Below are positions 9,675 to 18,952 of a DNA stretch of 64,000 bases, in pieces. Within the stretch, counting starts at the first letter, position 1; the number at the start of each line of letters is the position of its first letter. The DNA lies in IMG/VR virus record IMGVR_UViG_3300033066_000592, positions 1 through 64,000 of that record; one strand, written 5' to 3'. A program made the translations under genes and the position numbers. Below the pieces are notes generated by a model. The model made no database searches, was not told the DNA's origin, and was given only the letters and a program-made list of their open reading frames with translations. Source of the DNA: a virus (Duplodnaviria > Caudoviricetes).

Positions 9675-10063
9675 AGTCGTGTACAAGAAACAACACGCAT
9701 CAGATGCGTTCAGAATCACGCGAAGCGATGCAAAACAGTGTCGAGATCGCGTGATTGCTACCGACCCACAAAATCTTGGCGCTGTTTTGACGCTTTCGCG
9801 TTCTCTTTCGTTCTGCTGACCGGCGTTTCTGTGCAGCTCTTGCACGCGCCGTGACAGCTCCCGCCTACTCCTCAAAGTCCGGCGTTCTGCCGGCGAACTT
9901 CCAAGCCTGAAAAGTGCTGAAAAAGGCCGCCTGCAAGCGTTTTTGCAGTCAAAACAGCCGAAAAATCGACTTTCTCGTCGAGAAAACACGTGTGCATGAA
10001 ATAGATTTACGTAATTGAAATATGTATAAGCAGCACAGAGACACACTCACAGGAGCTACGCAC

Positions 10064-10627
10064 ATGGCAAAGACTACAAACACAATCTCCGCAACAGCTT
10101 GGAATCAACGTAGTGCTGCCGGAGCAGACACCGTTACCTATTTCTATTGTGTCGTGACCGGCAATCAGCGCACTCACTACTACAACGACTCCATCAGCTG
10201 GACGTGTTCGCGCTGCAAGCACACGTATCACGTCTGTGCGCAGCACGACGGCGACTTGCAGACGTGGCGCGCGGACCACTTGAAAGAGTGCTGCGGCAAG
10301 ATCGACTGTCCGCACATGGGCGGCATGATCGATTACACGCGGCTGTCTGAGTCTTGTGCTCATCGTCTCGGCCTTGCAAAAAAGCTGATGACCAATCCGC
10401 CGACTGTCGAAGCTGTTCTGTGGACCGCGCATCCCGAAAGCGAGCGCCGCGCTGACGCGCTTCTGCAAGCTCTGTACGAACAAGACGACTTGCCGTGCGG
10501 TCCTAACGGCGAGTTCACGCAGGATCTCTACGACAGCGTAGCTGAGATCGTGCTGTCAAATCCCGGTGTTCTCGTTGATGGCAGCTTGGCTGTTCTACAA
10601 GACTGCATCGAAAGCGGAGATCGCTAG
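10064..10627 (+). CDS. Cys-rich hypothetical protein
   Basis: AGGAG RBS before ATG 10064 (MAKTTN); CxxC pairs. Confidence 0.7.
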   Translation: MAKTTNTISATAWNQRSAAGADTVTYFYCVVTGNQRTHYYNDSISWTCSRCKHTYHVCAQHDGDLQTWRADHLKECCGKIDCPHMGGMIDYTRLSESCAHRLGLAKKLMTNPPTVEAVLWTAHPESERRADALLQALYEQDDLPCGPNGEFTQDLYDSVAEIVLSNPGVLVDGSLAVLQDCIESGDR

Positions 10628-10629
10628 CT

Positions 10630-10899
10630 ATGAAGATCGCGACTATCAAGACGGCCGCAGACAAGAAGGCTCACGTCATCACGCGCAGCGGCAAACGCAA
10701 AGATCAAGGCGGCGCTGGCGTCATGTGGCGCTGCTCTTGCAGCAGGAAAAAAGCATGCGTGCGTCTGCGCGATCTGGTCTACGGCCGCTTGTATACACAA
10801 GACGTGACGTTGTTTTCTGTAGGTGAACAACGGTTCTTCGATTACGTCACGAGTGACGGTGCTGTTCGCGTTGTGCCAGCAGGACGGAGCGCAAAGTGA
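10630..10899 (+). CDS. hypothetical protein, possible SWIM-like zinc finger
   Basis: WRCSC...C motif. Confidence 0.55.
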   Translation: MKIATIKTAADKKAHVITRSGKRKDQGGAGVMWRCSCSRKKACVRLRDLVYGRLYTQDVTLFSVGEQRFFDYVTSDGAVRVVPAGRSAK

Positions 10900-11105
10900 T
10901 GCTGACCTGGGATCTCGTTATGTATTGCGTGCAGAACGCTGACAGCAAGTACACGCGGCTGGATCTCATCGAACGTGAGTGGTGCTTCATCGCGCATGCT
11001 GCCAATTCGTTCTGTGCACGCTGTCTCAGTGCAGAGCGTGACTGGCTTGTTGCGTGCAGCGGTGATGCTGTCTACGCGACTGCTTTCTGTCCCATGACCT
11101 ACTAA
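10896..11105 (+). CDS. hypothetical protein
   Basis: GTGA coupling. Confidence 0.5.
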   Translation: MMLTWDLVMYCVQNADSKYTRLDLIEREWCFIAHAANSFCARCLSAERDWLVACSGDAVYATAFCPMTY

Positions 11106-11117
11106 GAGGAGACGACG

Positions 11118-11693
11118 ATGCCTGATTGTTCCTGCAAAAAATGTCGCAGTGCCTGTGCAGCCGACGTCGGTAAACCTGGACGCTTTCTACCGGATGAGCT
11201 TGAGAAAGCGGCGGCGTTCAAGGGCTTGTCTGTGCAGGAGTTTTTCAATACGTACTGCGGTGTAGAAGGACCACTGCATGACCACGAAGACGTCTTCTTC
11301 TGGATCACGCCAGCTATCGTGACGATGCAGCCGGGCGCTGAGTATCCAGCCTATCCACGTGGTCAGTGCATCTTCTACAAAGACGACAAGTGTGAGATTC
11401 ACATTGTGAAACCGTATGAGTGTCGCGAGACGCTGTGTTGTGCGGAGGATGACGTCTTGCTGTCCGAAAAACGGCAAGACGTACTTACGACCCACTGGAA
11501 CTTGATCGAGCCGCAACGTCTCGTACGTAAGCTGCTCGGCCGTGCGCCAGCGCCATGGCCTATAACAGAAACCGATTGGCAAAAGTTCCGGGCCTGGCGA
11601 CGACTTCAATTAGAGGCGCAGCTCATGCATGAGCTGGAGAAAGCGTCTGTTCTGTTGGCGAACCACTTGATGCAGAAAGCCGTTGAGTCATGA
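11118..11693 (+). CDS. YkgJ-family (CxxCxxCC-like) Cys-cluster protein
   Basis: CSCKKCRSAC...CIFY..DKCEIHIVKPYECR. Confidence 0.75.
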   Translation: MPDCSCKKCRSACAADVGKPGRFLPDELEKAAAFKGLSVQEFFNTYCGVEGPLHDHEDVFFWITPAIVTMQPGAEYPAYPRGQCIFYKDDKCEIHIVKPYECRETLCCAEDDVLLSEKRQDVLTTHWNLIEPQRLVRKLLGRAPAPWPITETDWQKFRAWRRLQLEAQLMHELEKASVLLANHLMQKAVES

Positions 11694-12016
11694 GTCACGA
11701 AGATCGCAAAGAACGGAAACATCTGCTACGCGACATCGGTGCGACTGTGAGCAAGGCTGTGAGCCTTGTGCTGCGGCGCGCACCTACACTTAATGAGCTT
11801 GAGATGATGTGCGAGGCGCTGCCTAGCGTGCTCACGAAAGACATCGTCAAGCACGCGCTTACGGCGCAAGCGCAGCAGTGCCTGCATCTCAACGTGCAGA
11901 CCGCGCACGTAGGTGCCGAGATGGACTGTGTCTCGCTGCGCTGCGATGACTGCGGTGCCTGCAAAGTCGTCAAGCTCGCGCATTCTCGCGAAGACGAGTG
12001 GACCCTCAAACTCTAG
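11690..12016 (+). CDS. hypothetical protein
   Basis: ATGA coupling; CxxC. Confidence 0.6.
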   Translation: MSHEDRKERKHLLRDIGATVSKAVSLVLRRAPTLNELEMMCEALPSVLTKDIVKHALTAQAQQCLHLNVQTAHVGAEMDCVSLRCDDCGACKVVKLAHSREDEWTLKL

Positions 12017-12029
12017 GAGACTCAAGCAC

Positions 12030-12467
12030 ATGAAGAAGCCCGCTGCGAAAGCTGTTCCGCTCAAAGGTCACAGCAAGCTCACGGTTGCCGCCAGCAAGCT
12101 CGTGCGCTTTCACACAGATGCCAACGGCAAGCCCATCAAGCCGTGCGACTGCAAGAAAACCTGTATGCGCAAGGCGCGCTCTGTGCTGCACAACGTGCAG
12201 TTGGAGCCACATGAAAGCCCGCTCATTCAGATGCGCATTCGCCACGCGCAAGTCCATTGCCAGTGGGCGGCCTATCAGAACCAAGCGCTGGATTCCATGA
12301 ACTGCGGTCACGTCATCTTCCTGGCATTCGGTGCAGGCTGTACGTACGAGAACGACGAAGCCCTGCCTGCGTACGCACCTGACGGCACGTACGGTCTTGG
12401 CTGGCGCTACAAGCACGTCGGCTACGTGAACCTGGAGACCGGCGACATCGAAGAAGACCTGAAGTAG
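12030..12467 (+). CDS. hypothetical protein
   Basis: AGGAG RBS before ATG 12030. Confidence 0.65.
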   Translation: MKKPAAKAVPLKGHSKLTVAASKLVRFHTDANGKPIKPCDCKKTCMRKARSVLHNVQLEPHESPLIQMRIRHAQVHCQWAAYQNQALDSMNCGHVIFLAFGAGCTYENDEALPAYAPDGTYGLGWRYKHVGYVNLETGDIEEDLK

Positions 12468-12517
12468 CTATCACGCACGTCACGCAGTACAACCCAGACA
12501 GAGGAGCTAGAACGCAC

Positions 12518-13009
12518 ATGACCAAGAACACGATTGCTACCAAGAAGCCCGCAGCCAAGAAGTCCAACACCAAGCCTGCTCAGAAGGCCGGTGGCAAAGG
12601 CACCAAGCCAGCGGCCAAGAAAGCCGCACCGAAGAAAAAGAAGGCCGCGGTCAGCAAGCCTGAGCCGTTCGTGCACAAGAGCACGGTCGAGAGCATCAAC
12701 GAAGCCATCGCGAGCAACAAAGGCAAGATGCCGATGAAGCTGCTGCGCGTCATCATCGACAGCTATCACGCGCATGCCGCTGACATGGTGGCGCAGCACG
12801 GCAGCTACAGCATGCGCGGTCTCGTGAAGCTCAAGGCAGCACACGTCAAGCCGCTGCCAAAGCGCGAAGGCAAGAAGCCTGGTACGAACGAGATCGTCAT
12901 GCTGCCTGCGCGCAAGGAAGGCTACAAAGGCAAAGCCGTGGCGCTCGCAACGCTCAAAGAGGCAGCACTGAAGTACGCGAAGTCGCAAGGCTGCAAGGTG
13001 AGCAAGTAG
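12518..13009 (+). CDS. HU/IHF-family DNA-binding protein with Lys/Ala/Pro-rich N-terminal tail
   Basis: GLVKLK...REGKKPGTNEIVMLPARK HU arm; PAAKK repeats; GAGGAG RBS. Confidence 0.8.
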   Translation: MTKNTIATKKPAAKKSNTKPAQKAGGKGTKPAAKKAAPKKKKAAVSKPEPFVHKSTVESINEAIASNKGKMPMKLLRVIIDSYHAHAADMVAQHGSYSMRGLVKLKAAHVKPLPKREGKKPGTNEIVMLPARKEGYKGKAVALATLKEAALKYAKSQGCKVSK

Positions 13010-13010
13010 C

Positions 13011-13421
13011 GTGCAGACGTTCTTGCCGTACGCGAGCTTTGAGCGTTGTGCGCGTGTGCTTGACAATCGGCGCCTGCACAATCAAGTCAACGAGGCGCTT
13101 ATCATCTATCGCACGCTGACAGGCTATTACGGCGAGGACGGCGGCTGGCCGAATCACGCCGCCGTGCGCATGTGGCGCACCTACACAGGTGCGCTGCTCT
13201 TGTACCGCAACGCGATGATTCGCGAGTGCCGACGTCGCGGTCTCGGTACAAGCGCAGCACTCGCACCGGTACGAACGGATGTGCGCCTGCCGCGCTGGCT
13301 GCACTCACGCAAGCTGCATGCCTCGCACCGTTCGCAGCTACTGCACAAAGACCACGCGCGTTACAAACGCTTCGGTTGGCACGAACGCCCAGGAGCGCTG
13401 CCGTATCACTGGCCCGCGTAG
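13011..13421 (+). CDS. pyrimidine dimer DNA glycosylase-like protein (MSMEG_6728 family)
   Basis: MQTFLPY..F..CARVLDNRRL..Q..E...I; HAAVRMW; HASHRSQLL.KD. Confidence 0.85.
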   Translation: MQTFLPYASFERCARVLDNRRLHNQVNEALIIYRTLTGYYGEDGGWPNHAAVRMWRTYTGALLLYRNAMIRECRRRGLGTSAALAPVRTDVRLPRWLHSRKLHASHRSQLLHKDHARYKRFGWHERPGALPYHWPA

Positions 13422-13482
13422 AAGTAGAACACTCGCCTTGGGGGGCGTTTACCTATTCAAGTTCAGCAAGAGGAGTTCACTG

Positions 13483-14391
13483 ATGAGCAAGAAAGCAGCA
13501 GTAGAGAAAAAGATCGCGCGACGCCTGTACAAGAAAGGCGATCACGTACGCGGAAAAGATCACAAGCTAGACGGTCTTGTGGCGGAAGATGAAAACCCAG
13601 ATCGCACGACAGGTCTTGTCAGTGTGTGGTGGCCAGGCGACACGCCAGAGGTGTGCTTGCACACAACGCTTCAGCTCTGTACAGAAGCATCGCCGGAAAG
13701 CATCAAGGCCGTGGAAGAGGTCACAAAGTTCGAGCATGACGCAAAGCTCGTATGGACACATTTTCAGGCAACCTGGATGCCTACGCTGCATCGGAATGTC
13801 ATCAGCACGGAGTTCAGCAACAAGCCCAAACCAACACTATACCAAGCGGCAATGATGCCTGATCCGGCAGGTCACGACGTTCAGGGCGGCGTGGATTTCA
13901 GTAGAGGTAAAAGCTGGTCCGCACAGCGGCTCATACCTGAAGACGTGCTGTATGCGGCCGTGCTTGAGAAGGACCAGCCTGCACGTGAAGGCTCGCACGT
14001 GCTTGTCTCACCTACCGAAGTCGTTCCGGCTGAAGAGTACAATCGCAGTCACGGTCTCGTGATCAAAGACAGCCTGATGCGCAGTCACGCACCGGCAGAC
14101 AAGCCGCTCACGGCTACGCTCGCGCAGCGTGGCATTCAACTGCCCGGCCAGCAGCGCATGATTCGCGGTGACAAGCATCTTGGTCATCGCATGCACGACT
14201 ATCACGACAACATGAGCGATCCGGTCTATCAAGTCGGCTCGTACTTCTTTGCAGAGCGGCCGGTGCCTGAAGAATGGGCACGCCGCGCGCTGTCTTCTCT
14301 GCACGCCTTCTACAAGGCGCATCGTACGGAGCACCTGCGCCGCGTCATCACGGATCTAGAGACTGCACTAGCAGGAGGAATCGCATCATGA
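13483..14391 (+). CDS. hypothetical protein
   Basis: GAGGAG RBS before ATG 13483. Confidence 0.7.
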   Translation: MSKKAAVEKKIARRLYKKGDHVRGKDHKLDGLVAEDENPDRTTGLVSVWWPGDTPEVCLHTTLQLCTEASPESIKAVEEVTKFEHDAKLVWTHFQATWMPTLHRNVISTEFSNKPKPTLYQAAMMPDPAGHDVQGGVDFSRGKSWSAQRLIPEDVLYAAVLEKDQPAREGSHVLVSPTEVVPAEEYNRSHGLVIKDSLMRSHAPADKPLTATLAQRGIQLPGQQRMIRGDKHLGHRMHDYHDNMSDPVYQVGSYFFAERPVPEEWARRALSSLHAFYKAHRTEHLRRVITDLETALAGGIAS

Positions 14392-14687
14392 GCAAGCGTC
14401 ACGTGAAGTACAGAATCGTGCTTGAGTTCAACAGCACGCTGTACGACAGAGCAACAGGCGATGAGCCCTTTAGCAAGCTCATGCGCTTGCAGCGATTGGA
14501 CGCTTTGCGTGCCGAGCTGATCGATGGCCTTGACGGCTCGGAGTCTATGAAAGCGCCCGAGTTCATGAAGATCATCGAAGTCGTGAACTGTGACGACCTG
14601 CTTGAGCGTCATGCTGATGGCACGCCCTGTCACAAGCGCAAGGGCTGCGACCGCACGCACTACGTACCGAAGCATCCGCCTCTGTAG
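14388..14687 (+). CDS. hypothetical protein
   Basis: AGGAGG RBS; ATGA coupling. Confidence 0.65.
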   Translation: MSKRHVKYRIVLEFNSTLYDRATGDEPFSKLMRLQRLDALRAELIDGLDGSESMKAPEFMKIIEVVNCDDLLERHADGTPCHKRKGCDRTHYVPKHPPL

Positions 14688-14914
14688 TCCACATCACACA
14701 CGCCTACCTAGACCGTCCTGGTCACGCTACACAATCCCCCACGCACAAGCACACGACCACGTTGACGAAATCGGCACCCACGCGCTGCACAGGCGGCGCC
14801 TCTCAGAGAGACCGAGAAGGGGCCTCTCGAATACTGCGGGAGAGAAAAAACAGTGAGTAGCACTCCGACACTTTTTTACCCGTACGCGCCGCTTTTTTTG
14901 TTGCTGCATGTACG

Positions 14915-14923
14915 TGCTACCAT
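14915..14923 (+). promoter_or_regulatory. extended -10 element TGCTACCAT
   Basis: TGnTAnnnT about 30 nt upstream of ATG 14955. Confidence 0.45.
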
Positions 14924-14954
14924 TACGTGTATCTTGCACACCCGAGGCTCGCCA

Positions 14955-15224
14955 ATGAATCAAGTACGCTTGCGTCTGTCACTTCTCGCTTGTCTGTTTT
15001 TGACGAGCTGTCCTGACGGCGTTGACGACGTCATCGACACGCTCACCGGCCTAACGACAGGCGAAAAGACCATCCACTCGTGCGGCTGCGACTACTACAA
15101 GCAGCACAAGCAGTATTGGAATATGACCGCCTGCAATCGCAGCAGCGGCAACTATGGCGTTCGTGCCACGCTTCCTGCCGCTCAGCATATGTGCTGCGCT
15201 AGCTGTCGGCTCATCTGCTTCTAG
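14955..15224 (+). CDS. small Cys-rich lipoprotein
   Basis: MNQVRLRLSLLACLFLTSC lipobox; CGC and CCASC. Confidence 0.6.
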   Translation: MNQVRLRLSLLACLFLTSCPDGVDDVIDTLTGLTTGEKTIHSCGCDYYKQHKQYWNMTACNRSSGNYGVRATLPAAQHMCCASCRLICF

Positions 15225-15340
15225 CCGCTGTTATTTTTTTTGACTTTCATCCTCGCTATGCCCAAGAATCCGAGTTCCTTAGGCGCGGATTTCTTGCGAC
15301 AGCAAGGATGACGTGTTTGGTCTGGCCTGACCGATGTTGT

Positions 15341-15382
15341 CAGGCGGCGCGGAGGGCATCTAAACCGCGCCGCCTGGCTTTT
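15341..15382 (+). terminator. GC-rich 12-bp hairpin with short U-tract
   Basis: CAGGCGGCGCGG / CCGCGCCGCCTG followed by GCTTTT. Confidence 0.5.
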
Positions 15383-15410
15383 CCGCCCGCTTCCTGCTAC
15401 GCCCTCCTGT

Positions 15411-16070
15411 ATGAAAATCCTCCGACTCGCTCCTCTCTTCCTGCTCATCTCCTCGTGCTTCTTCGACCTAGCCGGCTTGCAAAGCGGCAATAAAGTGCCT
15501 GACGCAGCTGCGTCAGCTGTCGACATGCACAGCAGTACTGTCGTCACGACGTATGATCTGACTACGTCTGTCGATTTGCTGCCTGCGCAAGATCCGCCTG
15601 TTGCCGCAGCTGGCTGCTCGTCTGGCCTCGGCTATCCTGTCTACGTCGGCGCTGTGCAGCTGTATGCGTGTCCTGGCATCTTTGATGCTGGCAAAGCCGC
15701 GTCTCTCTGCGCCAGCGGCTACACGATCGCAACAGCCGTCACGCCGAACTGTACGTTCGCTGTCACGCAGACGTACAAGACGTACGGTTTTTTCACTGCG
15801 AACGTGCTCTACGCCAACATTGGCGCCGATGCCGCAGCGCCTGTATGCCAGTGGCAGAACCAGTCGGCCGTAGATCGCGGCATCGGCGGCTGCGGCAATG
15901 CCGCGAACGTGCTTACGACGCCAGCAGGCTGTGGCAGCACCGATCGCACGATGCCTTGCTCTGCTGCTGCATCGAGTTTCAGCTGTCCGACGACGAGTCG
16001 CGGTGATGGCGACTTCGCTGCTGGCTTGTCCAACACGGATCCGCGTAGCGGCGTGCTCTGCTATCGCTGA
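15411..16070 (+). CDS. Cys-rich lipoprotein
   Basis: MKILRLAPLFLLISSC lipobox; D-L spaced linker; many Cys in the mature domain. Confidence 0.75.
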   Translation: MKILRLAPLFLLISSCFFDLAGLQSGNKVPDAAASAVDMHSSTVVTTYDLTTSVDLLPAQDPPVAAAGCSSGLGYPVYVGAVQLYACPGIFDAGKAASLCASGYTIATAVTPNCTFAVTQTYKTYGFFTANVLYANIGADAAAPVCQWQNQSAVDRGIGGCGNAANVLTTPAGCGSTDRTMPCSAAASSFSCPTTSRGDGDFAAGLSNTDPRSGVLCYR

Positions 16071-16149
16071 AAAAAAGAAAAGCCGCACACGGAATGATCT
16101 GTGTGCGGCTCCAGCTCAACACCCTTCGCAGCGCAAAGCGTAGCAGACG

Positions 16150-17103
16150 CTACGGCACCGTCGCAAGCTCCTGAACGACAAAGCTCAGCTCGACTTCGGC
16201 ACCGACGCCTGCATGCACGGCGTTGTCGAAGCCGAGATTCGCCGTGCTCGCGGCGTCATGTTGCACGCTGCCGTTGGCGCCTGCCGTGTTGGTCGTCACA
16301 GCGAGAGCCGCGAGAATGCCAGTCGCATTTGCGCCGACAAGCGGCAGCGCGTTGAGCGCGATACGCGCTTCCAGCGCCGTCATCGCTGCCAGATTCGCAG
16401 CGTCGCCCGTGCCTGTATACGTACCGACGCCCGGCAAGCCTAGCGAGGTCGGCACGCCAGCGTCCGAGAAGGCGACGAATTGCACTGAGCTGCCTGTGCC
16501 AAACGTACCGCTGGCGTAGTCGATCTCGCTGCCGCCGGAAGCCACAGGCGCGAAGTTCGGAATCGCCGCGGCGATCAGCGTCGCGAGCACGGCGGCGCGC
16601 GTGGTGTCGCCGACGCCGAATGTCACCATGACAGGCGCTCCACCGTTGACAGCGATCGTCACGCTCTTGCCGTTGAGGCCCGCATAGGTGGCGCCGACAC
16701 TGACCTTGTGACCGGCTGTACCTGCCCAGGTCTTGGTCTGCACGGCTCCGCCATCGATCTTGAACTTCGTTGTCTGACCTGGCGTGATGTTGAAAGGACC
16801 CGTACCGCCGATGGCAGCTCCGATGGTCTGCGTGGCGTCCGTGTTGTTGGCTTGCAGCACGGCGACTTCGAACGTGCCCAGCTCAGGCAGCTTGCGCGCC
16901 TGAACCTTGACGCCGTTCGATGTGCTCCAGTCGTTCACGCTCGCTTGTACGACGTAGTTGTTGTGCATGATGCCGAGCTTGACGACGGCTCGCGCAATGG
17001 CGTGGAACGTACCCAGATGCAGCTGCGGATTGAATCGGCTGCGCCACGGAAACGGTGCGCTGCGGCTGCCGGCATCGGCCGGCTCGACGAGAACTGCGGT
17101 CAT
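16150..17103 (-). CDS. beta-rich protein paralogous to the tail-sheath insertion domain
   Basis: AGGAG RBS before ATG 17103; shares LGFDNAVHAG and other blocks with the sheath ORF at 51915. Confidence 0.8.
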   Translation of the reverse strand: MTAVLVEPADAGSRSAPFPWRSRFNPQLHLGTFHAIARAVVKLGIMHNNYVVQASVNDWSTSNGVKVQARKLPELGTFEVAVLQANNTDATQTIGAAIGGTGPFNITPGQTTKFKIDGGAVQTKTWAGTAGHKVSVGATYAGLNGKSVTIAVNGGAPVMVTFGVGDTTRAAVLATLIAAAIPNFAPVASGGSEIDYASGTFGTGSSVQFVAFSDAGVPTSLGLPGVGTYTGTGDAANLAAMTALEARIALNALPLVGANATGILAALAVTTNTAGANGSVQHDAASTANLGFDNAVHAGVGAEVELSFVVQELATVP

Positions 17104-17183
17104 GTGCTTTCTCCTGTGCTCGTGAATCAGCGCCGTTCGCCACCGTGGCGTCGTGCGCCTATTGCGCCGCACAGGCTAGCACG

Positions 17184-17471
17184 TCAACGATCGAGTGGCG
17201 TGACTCCTGGATCAGGCTCACCGTAATCGACGAGATAGAAGCGCTCGCTATGAGCCTGCGCCTCACAGTGACCTGTGTTTGGATTGCAGCGGGCAGGCAG
17301 CTTGCAGCCGCCTGGACACTCTTTAACAGGCATGACGCCACCGTCGTACGTCTGCACAGGTGGCGTGTGCTCGTAACGACGGCTGACAACCTGTCGATCA
17401 CGTGTGAAGTAAACGAACAGCAGCAGCGCCAGGAGCATCGCCGTGGTCTGTATGAAGTCGCGCCAGCTCAT
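17184..17471 (-). CDS. membrane-anchored protein with Cys-rich motif
   Basis: N-terminal TM helix; CPGGCKLPARCNPNTGHC. Confidence 0.6.
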   Translation of the reverse strand: MSWRDFIQTTAMLLALLLFVYFTRDRQVVSRRYEHTPPVQTYDGGVMPVKECPGGCKLPARCNPNTGHCEAQAHSERFYLVDYGEPDPGVTPLDR

Positions 17472-17797
17472 GGCTTGATCTCCGAGATGGGCGGCTTGCT
17501 GATAGGCACTGCTGTCGGCTCTGCTGTTGGCGCAGATGGTGTAGCTGGCACGGCAGGATCTTTGCGACGCAGTGCTTCGAGAGCGATGTCGCGGTTCGTG
17601 TCGATCAGACGCAGAATCACGCGCTCTGCGGAGGCGTCTTTCTGCTTGGGCATCTTTCGTCTGACGATGAGCGTAGCTACAACGACAAACACAACGGCGC
17701 CAACGCCCGATATGCCTTTGAGAGACGTTGCCGTCTCGACCATCTCAGGTATGCCCGCGTCGGCTATTCGCATCCACATGGACGCGGACCCTATCAA
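17468..17797 (-). CDS. single-TM hypothetical protein
   Basis: GVGAVVFVVVATLIV followed by RRK; adjoins both neighbouring genes. Confidence 0.55.
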   Translation of the reverse strand: MIGSASMWMRIADAGIPEMVETATSLKGISGVGAVVFVVVATLIVRRKMPKQKDASAERVILRLIDTNRDIALEALRRKDPAVPATPSAPTAEPTAVPISKPPISEIKP

Positions 17798-18583
17798 CTA
17801 CCAGCTACCTATGACAAGCGACTCTACGTCGGGTAGGTTTTTTGGCACGTGCAGACGGGCCAACGCACGACCCAGCCAGAGCGTGTTGACGTTCTGTCGT
17901 AGCAAGTCGACTACGGCTGGACTGGTGCTGTTCATGATGTCTGCGTCATCGGCGGATAAGACGCCACAGAGGTCGTAGAAGTCGCGTAAAAGCACGTTGG
18001 CTGTTGCCGGTCCGATGCCGCGAACGCCTGGCACTTGATCGTGCTTACCGACGAAAGCGAGGTAGTCTGCATACCGTGATGGTGGAAAGCTGTAGGTCAG
18101 TGCGAAGTTGCCGAGGTTGAATTCGGACTTACCGTCGGTGATGCTCGTAACCTTGCTCACGGCTGCATAGAGATCATGATCGCCGGTCACGACGAGAACG
18201 CGATTGAAATTCACAGCTTCAGCTCGTCGAGCAAGACCGAATAACACGTCGTCAGCTTCCACGCCATCAGCGTCGACAACTGTAAAACCAAGCTTGTGTA
18301 CAGCTGTGCGTGCTTTTTTCAGCTCACCGACGAAGGCTGGGGTCTTCGCGTCACGAAGGGCTTTATAGCCTTCGCCGTCGGTGAGTGGTTTTAGACGCTG
18401 TAGGATGTTGCGGCGATAGTCTCGACTGGAAGCGGTGTCAAAAACGACGGCACCGTGCGTGAAGTCTCGACGGAAGCGAAGAACATTTCGGATGACATAG
18501 TTTGCACCGCCCACCGACGGTACGGCGCATCCCCGATGTAGGAGGTTGTATCCGTCGAGAAGCACTAGCGATTTTTGGCTCAC
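17798..18583 (-). CDS. 5'-3' exonuclease (PolI N-terminal / T4 RNase H family)
   Basis: LLDGYNLLHR, VFD, YKALR, EADDV, TGDHDL, GKHDQVPGVRGIGP (H3TH). Confidence 0.92.
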   Translation of the reverse strand: MSQKSLVLLDGYNLLHRGCAVPSVGGANYVIRNVLRFRRDFTHGAVVFDTASSRDYRRNILQRLKPLTDGEGYKALRDAKTPAFVGELKKARTAVHKLGFTVVDADGVEADDVLFGLARRAEAVNFNRVLVVTGDHDLYAAVSKVTSITDGKSEFNLGNFALTYSFPPSRYADYLAFVGKHDQVPGVRGIGPATANVLLRDFYDLCGVLSADDADIMNSTSPAVVDLLRQNVNTLWLGRALARLHVPKNLPDVESLVIGSW

Positions 18584-18952
18584 CGGCCTATCGTAGCGCA
18601 GGTGTTTTTCAGTCTGTAGTTAAAACTGGTGTAGCGAAACGGTGATTACTGCGACCTTGCATTTACATGTGTCTTGAGCAAGTACACATGATACCTAAAA
18701 GATGCAGGTCGAGCATGTACAGCACAAATTCAGGATTTTATGTGCCAAGATTCATGACGCATTTTTCGCGTGTGCTTGTAACAAGTGTTGCATTTACGTA
18801 TCGACATTACTTGCTTGATGTACAGCGAGTTTGCCGAAGGTATTGGGGTTGTAAGCGGAGAATACCGGGTCCTATGGCTCGGTGCGCACGCCTGGGCCCG
18901 CGTAGGCTGGCCCGTCGCTGTTCACGTAGGCACTAACAGGTAAAGAGGCTAC
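18584..18952. promoter_or_regulatory. AT-rich divergent intergenic region
   Basis: Non-coding gap between divergent exonuclease and dTMP kinase genes; TTGCATTTAC occurs twice. Confidence 0.5.

Noticed and set aside
14700-14900. C/A-rich gap with opposing A and T tracts as an ncRNA
   Set aside because: Only a weak imperfect hairpin; more likely terminator or promoter spacer.
17184-17797. Holin or spanin call for two TM proteins
   Set aside because: No adjacent endolysin and no diagnostic features; left as hypothetical.
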